From Eledone cirrhosa (taxonomy: Eukaryota), in the NCBI GenBank assembly GCA_964016885.1, contig OZ024743.1, positions 205,468,001 to 205,532,000 of the forward strand: 64,000 nt of DNA, in the 5' to 3' direction. A program made the translations under genes and the position numbers. The notes below the pieces were generated by a model that worked only from the letters and a program-made list of their open reading frames with translations, was not told the origin of the DNA and searched no databases. Positions 1 through 10,640 of the stretch are shown here, in pieces (positions within the stretch are counted from its first letter, which is position 1; the number at the start of each line of letters is the position of its first letter).

Positions 1-1871
1 TTATCTCCCCTTGGACGGCTGGAAATTATCTCCCCTTGCACTGCTGGAAATTATCTCCCCTTGGACGGCTGGAATTTATCTGCCTTTGATTTTGTTTTTA
101 CAAATTATCTTCCCCTGATTTTTTTTTCAAATTATCTCCACCTGATTTTTTAAAAAATTATCTCCCCTTGGACGGCTGGAAATTATCTCCCCTTGGACGG
201 CTAGAAATTATCTCTCTTTGGACGGCTGGAAATTATCTCCTCTTGATTTTTTTTACAAATTATCTCCCCCTGATTTTTTTTACAAATCTCCCAGTGATTT
301 TTTTTTTAAATTATCTCCCCTTCGCTGGCTGGAAATTATCTCCCCTTGGACGGCTAGAAATTATCTCTCTTTGGACGGCTGGAAATTATCTCCCCTTGAT
401 TTTTTTTACAAATTATCTCCCCCTGATTTTTTTTTACAAATTATCTCCCCCTGATTTTTTTTTACAAATTATCTCCCCCTGATTTTTTTTTACAAATTAT
501 CTCCCCCTGATTTTTTTTACAAATTACCTCTTTTGGACGGCTGGAAATTATCTCCTCTTGGACGGCTGGAAATTATCTCCCTTTGGACGGCTGGAAATTA
601 TCTCCCCTTGGACGGCTGGAAATTATCTCCCCTTGGACGGCTAGAAATTACCTCTCCTTGGACGGCTGAAAATTATCTCCCCTTGGACGGCTGCAAATTA
701 TCTCCCCTTGATTTTTTTTACAAATTATCTCCCCCTGATTTTTTTTTACAAATTATCTCCCCCTGATTTTTTTTTACAAATTATCTACCCCTGATTCTTT
801 TTACAAATTATCTCCCCCTGATTTTTTTTTACAATTTATCTCCCCCTGATTTTTTTTTACAAATTATCTCCCCCTGATTTTTTTTTTACAAATTATCTCC
901 CCCTGATTTTTTTACAAATTATCTCCCCCTGATTTTTTTTACAATCTCCGCCTGATTTTTTTTTAAATTATCTTCCCTTGGCTGGCGGGAAATTATCTCC
1001 CCTTGGACGGCTGGAAATTATCTCCCCTTGCACGGCTGGAAATTATCTCCCCTTGGACAGCTGGAAATTATCTGCCCTTGATTTTGTTTTTACAAATTAT
1101 CTCCCCCTGATTTTTTTTACAAATTATCTCCACCTGATTTTTTAAAAAATTATCTCGCCTTGGACGGCTGGAAATTATCTCCCCTTGGCTGGAAATTATC
1201 TCCCCTTGGACGGCTAGAAATTATCTCTCTTTGGACGGCTGGAAATTATCTCCCTTTGATTTTTTTACAAATTATCTCCCTCTGATTTTTTTTACAAATC
1301 TCCCCCTGATTTTTTGAAAAAAAATTATCTCCCCTTCGCTAGCTGGAAATTATCTCCCCTTGGACACTGCAAATTATAGCCCCTTGGAGGGCTGGAAATT
1401 ATCTTCCCTTGGACAGCTGGAAATTATCTCCCCTTGATTTTTTTTACAAATTATCTCCCCCTGATTTTTTTTTACAAATTATCTCCCCCTGATTTTTTTT
1501 TTACAAATTATCTCCCCCTGTTTTTTGACAAATTATCTCCCCCTGATTTATTTTACAAATTATCTCCGCCTGACTTTTTAAAATATTATCTTCCCTTGGC
1601 TGGCGGGAAATAATCTCCCCTTGGACGGCTGGAAATTATCTGACCTTGATTTTGTTTTTACAAATTATCTCCCCCTGATTTTTTTTACAAATTATCTCCT
1701 TCTGATTTTTGAAAAGATTATCTCCCCTTCGCTGGCTGGCAATTATCTCCCCTTGGACGCTGGAAATTATAGCCCCCTGATTTTTTTACAAATTATCTCC
1801 CCCTGATTTTTTTTTACAAATTATCTCCACCTGATTTTTTTTTTACAAATTATCTCCCCTTGGACGGCTGG

Positions 1872-1896
1872 AAATTATCTCCCCTTGGACGGCTGG
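1872..1896 (+). repeat. Representative G-type monomer, AAATTATCTCCCCTTGGACGGCTGG (25 bp)
   Basis: Read directly. Occurs in runs of 1 to ~10 (e.g. ~3820-4092). ORF starts spaced by 25/50 bp (7649/7674, 168/218) agree with the period. Confidence 0.98.
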
Positions 1897-4800
1897 AAAT
1901 TATCTCCCCTTGGACGGCTAGAAATTACCTCTCCTTGGACGGCTGAAAATTATCTCCCCTTGGACGGCTGGAAATTATCTCCCCTTGATTTTTTTTTACA
2001 AATTATGTCCCCGTGATTTTTTTTTACAAATTATCTACCCCTGATTTTTTTTTTACAAATTATCTCCCCCTGATTTTTTTTACAAATTATCTCCCCCTGA
2101 TTTTTTTTTTACAAATTATCTCCCCCTGATTTTTTTACAAATTATCTCCCCCTGATTTTTTTACAAATTATCTCCGCCTCATTTTTTTAAATATTATCTT
2201 CCCTTGGCTGGCGGGAAATTATCTCCCCTTGGACGGCTGGAAATTATCTCCCCTTGGAAGGATGGAAATTATCTCCCCTTGGACGGCTGGAAATTATCTC
2301 CCCTTGCACTGCTGGAAATTATCTCCCCTTGGACGGCTGGAAATTATCTGCCCTTGATTTTGTTTTTACAAATTATCTCCACCTGATTTTTTTTTCAAAT
2401 TATCTCCACCTGATTTTTTAAAAAATTATCTCCCCTTGGACGGCCGGAAATTATCTCCCCTTGGACGGCTAGAAATTATCTCTCTTTGGACGGCTGGAAA
2501 TTATCTCCTCTTGATTTTTTTTACAAATTATCTCCCCCTGATTTTTTTTACAAATCTCCCAGTGATTTTTTAAAAAAAAATTATCTCCCCTTCGCTGGCT
2601 GGAAATTATCTCCCCTTGGACGGCTAGAAATTATCTCTCTTTGGACGGCTGGAAATTATCTCCCCTTGATTTTTTTTACAAATTATCTCCCCCTGATTTT
2701 TTTTTACAAATTATCTCCCCCTGATTTTTTTTTACAAATTATCTCCCCCTGATTTTTTTTACAAATTATCTCCCCTTGGACGGCTGGAAATTATCTCCCC
2801 TTGGCTGGAAAATATCTCCCCTTGGACGGCTAGAAATTATCTCTCTTTGGACGGCTGGAAATTATCTCCCCTTGATTTTTTTTACAAATTATCTCCCCCT
2901 GATTTTTTTTACAAATCTCCCAGTGATTTTTTTAAAAAAATTATCTCCCCTTCGCTGGCTGGAAATTATCTCCCCTTGGACGGCTGGAAATTATCTCCCC
3001 TTGGACGGCTGGAAATTATCTCCCCTTGGACGGCTAGAAATTACCTCTCCTTGGACGGCTGGAAATTATCTCCCATTGATTTTTTTACAAATTATCTACC
3101 CCTGATTTTTTTTTACAAATTATCTCCCCCTGATTTTTTTTACAAATTATCTCCCCCTGATTTTTTTACAAATTATCTCCGCCTGATTTTTTTAAATATT
3201 ATCTTCCCTTGGCTGGCGGGAAATTATCTCGCCTTTGACGGCTGGAAATTATCTCCCCTTGGAAGGATGGAAATTATCTCCCCTTGGACGCTGGAAATTA
3301 TAGCCCCTTGGAGGGCTGGAAATTATCTTCCCTTGGCCGGCTGGAAATTATCTCCCCTTGATTTTTTTTACAAATTATCTCCCCCTGATTTTTTTTTACA
3401 AATTATCTCCCCCTGATTTTTTTTTACAAATTATCTCCCCCTGATTTTTTTTACAAATTATCTCCGCCTGATTTTTTTAAAAAAATTATCTCCCCTTGGA
3501 CGGCTGGAAATTATCTCCCCTTGGACGGCTGGAAATTATCTCCCCTTGGACGGCTAGAAATTACCTCTCCTTGGACGGCTGAAAATTATCTCCCCTTGGA
3601 CGGCTGGAATTTATCTCCCCTTGGACGGCTGGAAATTATCTCCCCTTGCACTGCTGGAAATTATCTCCCCTTGGACGGCTGGAAATTATCTCCCCTTGAT
3701 TTTTTTTACAAATTATCTCCCCCTGATTTTTTTTTACAAATTATCTCCCCCTGATTTTTTTTACAAATTATCTCCCCTTGATTTTTTTTTACTAATTATC
3801 TCCCCCTGATTTTTTTTACAAATTAGCTCCCCTTGGCTGGCTGGAAATTATCTCCCCTTCGAGGCTGGAATTTATCTTCCCTTGGACGGCTAGAAATTAC
3901 CTCTCCTTGGACGGCTGGAAATTATGTCTCCTTGGACGGCTGGAAATTATCTCCCCTTGGACGGCTGGAAATTATCTCCCCTTGGACGGCTGGAAATTAT
4001 CTCCCCTTGGACGGCTAGATATTACCTCTCCTTGGACGGCTGGAAATTATCTGCCCTTGGACGGCTGGAAATTATCTCCCCTTGGACGGCTGGAAATTAT
4101 TTCCCCTTGATTTTTTTTACAGATTATCTCCCCCTGATTTTTTTTTACAAATCTCCCCCTAATTTAAAAAAAAATTATCTCCCCTTCGCTGGCTGGAAAT
4201 TATCTTCCTTTGGACGGCTGGAAATTATAGCCGCTTGTAGGGCTGGAAATTATCTCCCCTTGGACGGCTGGAAATTATCTCCCCTTGATTTTTTTTACTA
4301 ATTATCTTACCCTGAATTTTTTTTACAAATTATCTCCGCCTGATTTTTTTAAAAAAATTATCTCCCCTTGGCTGGATGGAAATTATCTCCCCTTGGACGG
4401 CTGGAAATTATCTCCCCTTGATTTCTTCTACAAAGTATCTACCCCTGATTTTTTTTTTACAAATTATTTCTCCCTGATTTTTTTTTACAAATATCTCCCC
4501 TTGGCTGGCTGGAAATTACCTCCCCTTGGCTGGCTGGAAATTATCTCCCCCTGATATTTTTTTACAAATTAGCTCCCCCTGATTTTTTTTTACAAATTAT
4601 CTCCCCCTGATTTTTTTTTACCAATCTACCCCTGATTTAAAAAAAAAATTATCTCCCCTTCGCTGGCTGGAAATTATCTCCCCTTGGACGGCTGGAAATT
4701 ATCTCCCCTTGGAAGGATGGAAATTATCTCCCCTTGGACGGCTGGAAATTATCTCCCCTTGCACGGCTGGAAATTATCTCCCCTTGGACGGCTAGAAATT

Positions 4801-6613
4801 ACCTCTCCTTGGACGGCTGAAAATTATCTCCCCTTGGACGGCTGGAAATTATCTCCCCCTGATTTTTTTTAAAAATTATCTCCCCTTGCACGGCTGGAAA
4901 TTATCTCCCCTTGGACGGCTGGAAATTATCTGCCCTTGATTTTGTTTTTACAAATTATCTCCCCCTGATTTTTTTTACAAATTATCTCCACCTGATATTT
5001 AAAAAAATTATCTCCCCTTGGACGGCTGGAAATTATCTCCCCTTGGCTGGAAATTATCTCCCCTTCGCTGGCTGGAAATTATCTCCCCTTGGACGCTGGA
5101 AATTATAGCCCCTTGGAGGCTGGAAATTATCTTCCCTTGGACGGCTGGAAATTATCTCCCCTTGATTTTTTTTACAAATTATCTCCCCCTGATTTTTTTT
5201 TACAAATTATCTCCCCCTGATTTTTTTTTTACAAATTATCTCCGCCTGATTTTTTTTTTTAAATTATCTCCCCTTGGACGGCTGGACATTATCTCCCCTT
5301 GGACGGCTGGAAATTATCTCCCCTTGGACGGCTAGAATTTACCTCTCCTTGGACGGCTGAAAATTATCTCCCCTTGATTTTTTTTACAAATTATCTCCCC
5401 CTGATTTTTTTTTTTACAAATTATCTCCCCCTGATTTTATTTTACATATTATCTACCCCTGATTTTTTTTTACAAATTATCTCCGCCTGATTTTTTTACA
5501 AATTATCTCCCCCTGATTTTTTTACAAATTATCTCCCCCTGATTTATTTTACAAATTATCTCCGCCTGATTTTTTTAAATATTATCTTCCCTTGGCTGGC
5601 GGGAAATAATCTCCCCTTGGACGGCTGGAAATTATCTCCTCTTGGAAGGATGGAAATTATCTCCCCTTGGACGGCTGGAAATTATCTCCCCTTGCACGGC
5701 TGGAAATTATCTCCCCTTGGACGGCTAGAAATTATCTCTCTTTGGACGGCTGGAAATTATCTCCCCTTGATTTTTTTTACAAATTATCTCCCCCTGATTT
5801 TTTTTACAAATCTCCCAGTGATTTTTTAAAAAAAATAATCTCCCTTTCGCTGGCTGGAAATTATCTCCCATTGGACGCTGGAAATTATAGCCCCTTGGAG
5901 GGCTGGAAATTATCTTCCCTCGGACGGCTGGAAATTATCTCCCCTTGATTTTTTTTACATATTATCTCCCCCTGATTTTTTTTTAACAAATTATCTCCCC
6001 GATTTTTTTTTACAAATTATCTCCCCCTGATTTTTTTTTTACAAATTATCTCCGCCTGATTTTTAAAAAAAAATTATCTCCCCTTGGACGGCTGGAAATT
6101 ATCTCCCCTTGGACGGCTGGAAATTATCTCCCCTTGGACGGCTGGAAATTATTTCCCCTTGATTTTTTTTTACAAATTATCTCCCCCTGATTTTTTTTAC
6201 AAATCTCCCCCTAATTTAAAAAAAAATTATCTCCCCTTCGCTGGCTGGAAATTATCTCCCTTTGGACGGCTGGAAATTATAGCTGCTTGTAGGGCTGGAA
6301 ATTATCTCCCCTTGGACGGCTGGAAATTATCTCCCCTTTATGTCTTCTACAAATTATCTACCCCTGATTTTTTTTTTACAAATTATCTCCGCCTGATTTT
6401 TTTTTACAAATTATCTGCGCCTGATTTTTTTTTACAAATTAGCTCCGCCTGATTTTTTAAAAAATTATCTCCCCTTGGACGGCTGGAAATTATCTCCCCT
6501 TGGACGGCTGGAAATTATCTCCCCTTGGACGGCTAGAAATTATCTCACTTTGGACGACTGGAAATTATCTCCCCTTGGACGGCTGCAAATTATCTCCCCT
6601 TGATTTTTTTTAC

Positions 6614-6640
6614 AAATTATCTCCCCCTGATTTTTTTTAC
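6614..6640 (+). repeat. Representative T-type monomer, AAATTATCTCCCCCTGATTTTTTTTAC (27 bp with T8; T tract mostly 7-11)
   Basis: Read directly. Occurs in runs of up to ~9 (e.g. ~6590-6830, ~700-965). Confidence 0.98.
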
Positions 6641-8179
6641 AAATTATCTCCCCCTGATTTTTTTTTACAAATTATCTACCCCTGATTTTTTTACAAATTA
6701 TCTCCCCCTGATTTTTTTTTACAAATTATCTCCCCCTGATTTTTTTTACAAATTATCTCCCCCTGATTTTTTTTTACAAATTATCTCCCCCTGATTTTTT
6801 TACAAATTATCTCCCCCTGATTTTTTTAAAAATTATCTTCCCTGGGCTGGCGGGAAATTATCTCCCCTTGGACGGCTGGAAATTATCTTCCCTTGCACGG
6901 CTGGAAATTATCTCCCCTTGGACAGCTGGAAATTATCTGCCCTTGATTTTGTTTTTACAAATTATCTCCCCCTGATTTTTTTTACAAATTATCTCCACCT
7001 GATTTTTTAAAAAATTATCTCCCCTTGGACGGCTGGAAATTATCTCCCCTTGGCTGGAAATTATCTCCCCTTGGACGGCTAGAAATTATCTCTCTTTGGA
7101 CGGCTGGAAATAATCTCCCTTTGATTTTTTTACAATTTATCTCCCTCTGATTTTTTTTACAAATCTCCCCCTGATTTTTTTAAAAAATTTATCTCCCCTT
7201 CGCTGGCTGGAAATTATCTCCCCTTGGACACTTGAAATTATATCCCCTTGGAGGGCTGGAAATTATCTTCCCTTGGACGGCTGGAAATTATCTCCCCTTG
7301 ATTTTTTTTACAAATTATCTCCCCCTGATTTTTTTTACAAATTATCTGCCCCTGATTTTTTTTTACAAATTATCTCCGCCTGATTTTTTTTTAAATTATC
7401 TCTCCTTGGACGGCTGGAAATTATCTCCCCTTGATTTTTTTTACAAATTATCTCCCCCTGATTTTTTTTTACAAATTATCTACCCCTGATTTTTTTTTAC
7501 AAATTATCTCCCCCTGATTTTTTTTACAAATTATCTCCCCCTGATTTTTTTTTTACAAATTATCTCCCCCTGATTTTTTTACAAATTATCTCCCCCTGAT
7601 TTTTTTTTCAAATTATCTCCGCCTGATTTTTTTAAATATTATCTTCCCTTGGCTGGCGGGAAATTATCTCCCCTTGGACGGCTGGAAATTATCTCCCCTT
7701 GGAAGGATGGAAATTATCTCCCCTTGGACGGCTGGAAATTATCTCCCCTTGCACTGCTGGAAATTATCTCCCCTTGGACGGCTGGAAATTATCTCCCCTT
7801 GGCTGAAAATTATCTCCCCTTGGACGGCTAGAAATTATCTCTCTTTGGACGGCTGGAAATTATCTCCCCTTGATTTTTTTACAAATTATCTCCCCCTGAT
7901 TTTTTTACAAATCTCCCAGTGTTTTTTTTTTTAAATTATCTCCCCTTCGCTGGCTGGAAATTATCTCCCCTTGGACGCTGGAAATTATAGCCCCTTGGAG
8001 GGCTGGAAATTATCTTCCCTTGGACGGCTGGAAATTATCTCCCCTTGATTTTTTTTACAAATTATCTCCCCCTGATTTTTTTTACAAATTATCTCCCCCT
8101 GATTTTTTTTTACAAATTATCTCCCCCTGATTTTTTTTACAACTTATCTCCGCCTGATTTTTTAAAAAAAATTATCTCC

Positions 8180-8810
8180 CCTTGGACGGCTAGAAATTAC
8201 CTCTCCTTGGACGGCTGAAAATTATCGCCCCTTGGACGGCTGCAAATTATCTCCCCTTGATTTTTTTTACAAATTATCTCCCCCTGATTTTTTTTTACAA
8301 ATTATCTCCCCCTGATTTTTTTTACAAATTATCTCCCCCTGATTTTTTTTTACAAATTATCTCCCCCTGATTTTTTTTACAAATTATATCCCCTTGGCTG
8401 GCTGGAAATTATCTCCCCTTGGAGGCTGGAATTTATCTCCCCTTGGACGGCTAGAAATTACCTCTCCTTGGACGGCTGGAAATTATGTCTCCTTGGACGG
8501 CTAGAAATTACCTCTCCTTGGACGGCTGAAAATTATCTCCCCTTGGACGGCTGGAAATTATCTCCCCTTGATTTTTTTTACAAATTATCTCCCCCTGATT
8601 TTTTTTTACAAATTATCTCCCCCTGATTTTTTTTACAAATTATCTCCCCCTGATTTTTTTTTACAAATTATCTCCCCCTGATTTTTTTTACAAATTATAT
8701 TCCCTTGGCTGGCTGGAAATTATCTCCCCTTGGAGGCTGGAATTTATCTCCCCTTGGACGGCTAGAAATTACCTCTCCTTGGACGGCTGGAAATTATGTC
8801 TCCTTGGACG
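8180..8810 (+). repeat. Local ~0.3 kb tandem duplication inside the long HOR subfamily
   Basis: The module ending ...TTGGAGGCTGGAATTTATC...AATTATGTCTCCTTGG repeats at offset 311 here (8468/8779) and 283 at ~16.5-17.1 kb and ~21.2-21.8 kb (21491/21774). The difference is one 28-bp T-type monomer. Confidence 0.85.
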
Positions 8811-9639
8811 GCTGGAAATTATCTCCCCTTGGACGGCTGGAAATTATCTCCCCTTGGACGGCTGGAAATTATCTCCCCTTGGACGGCTAGATATTACCTC
8901 TCCTTGGACGGCTGGAAATTATCTGCCCTTGGACGGCTGGAAATTATCTCCCCTTGGACGGCTGGAAATTATTTCCCCTTGATTTTTTTTACAAATTATC
9001 TCCCGCTGATTTTTTTTTACAAATCTCCACCTAATTAAAAAAAAAATTATCTCCCCTTCGCTGGCTGGAAATTATCTTGCTTTGGACGGCTGGAAATTAT
9101 AGCCGCTTGTAGGGCTGGAAATTATCTCCCCTTGGACGGCTGGAAATTATCTCCCCTTGATTTTTTTTACTAAGTATCTCACCCTGATTTTTTTTTACAA
9201 ATTATCTCCGCCTGATTTTTAAAAAAAAATTATCTCCCCTTGGCTGGATGGAAATTATCTCCCCTTGGACGGCTGGAAATTATCTTCCCTTGATTTCTTC
9301 TACAAATTATCTACCCCTGATTTTTTTTTTACAAATTATCTCTCCCTGATTTTTTTTTACAAATATCTCTCCTTGGCTGGCTGGAAATTATCTCCCCTTG
9401 GCTGGCTGGAAATTATCTCCCCCTGATATTTTTTTACAAATTAGCTCCCCCTGATTTTTTTTACAAATTATCTCCCCCTGATTTTTTTCACAAATTATCT
9501 CCCCCTGATTTTTTTTACAAATTATCTCCCCTGATTTAAAAAAAAAAATTATCTCCCCTTGGACGGCTGGAAATTATCTCCCCTTGGACGGCTGGAAATT
9601 ATCGCCCCCTGATTTTTTTTTTACAAATTATCTCCACCT

Positions 9640-10640
9640 GATTTTTTTTACAAATCATCTCAGCCTGATTTTTTTAAAATATTATCTCCCTTGGCTTGCT
9701 GGAAATAATCTCCCCTTGGACGGCTATAAATTATCTCTCCTTCGACCGCTGGAAATTATCTCCCCTTGATTTTTTTACAAATTATCTCCCCCTGATTTTT
9801 TTTTACCAATCAACCCCTGATTTAAAAACAAAAATTATCTCCCCTTCGCTGGCTGGAAATTATCTCCCCTTGGACGGCTGGAAATTATCTCCCCTTGATT
9901 TTTTTTACAAATTATCTACCCCTGATTTTTTTACAAATTATCTCCCCCTGATTTTTTTTACAAATTATCTCCCCCTGATTTTTTTTTTTACAAATTATCT
10001 CCGCCTGATTTTTTTAAAATTATCTCCCCTTGGCTGGATGGAAATTATCTCCCCTTGGACGGCTGGAAATTATCTCCCCTTGGAAGGATGGAAATTATCT
10101 CCCCTTGGACGGCTGGAAATTATCTCCCCTTGCACGGCTGGAAATTATCTCCCCTTGGACGGCTGGAAATTATGTCCACCTGATTTTTTTTTACAAATCA
10201 TCTCCGCCTGATTTTTTTAAAAACTTATCTCCCTTGGCTTGCTGGAAATTATCTCCCCTTGGACGGCTATAAATTATCTCTCCTTCGACGGCTGGAAATT
10301 ATCTCCCCTTGATTTTTTTACAAATTATCTCCCCCTGATTTTTTTTTACCAATCAACCCCTGATTTAAAAAAAAAATTATCTCTCCTTCGCTGGCTGGAA
10401 ATTATCTCCCCTTGGACGGCTGGAAATTATCTCCCCTTGATTTTTTTTACAAATTATCTACCCCTGATTTTTTTACAAATTATCTCCCCCTGATTTTTTT
10501 TTACAAATTATCTCCCCTTGATTTTTTTTTTTTTACAAATTATCTCCGCCTGATTTTTTTTAAATTATCTCCCCTTGGCTGGATGGAAATTATCTCCCCT
10601 TGGACCGCTGGAAATTATCTCCCCTTGCACGGCTGGAAAT
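9640..10640 (+). repeat. Local ~0.55-0.6 kb diverged duplication (AAATCATC...GGCTTGCTGG...GGCTATAAA...TTCGAC module)
   Basis: ORF offsets of 543 (9696/10239), 592 (18008/18600) and 594 (22664/23258). Confidence 0.85.

Noticed and set aside
390-530. Poly-T tracts as intrinsic or Pol III terminators, or retroposon tails
   Set aside because: There is no preceding GC hairpin, upstream RNA gene or target-site duplication. The tracts are integral to the monomer.
978-992. Chi-like GCTGGCGG in the TTGGCTGGCGGG variant
   Set aside because: It is one mismatch from E. coli Chi (GCTGGTGG), nothing indicates a bacterial context, and it is explained as a monomer variant.
1885-1896. TTGG...TG resemblance to Caenorhabditis HIM-8/ZIM pairing-centre motifs
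   Set aside because: The similarity is a few bases, the spacing does not clearly match, and the host is unknown.
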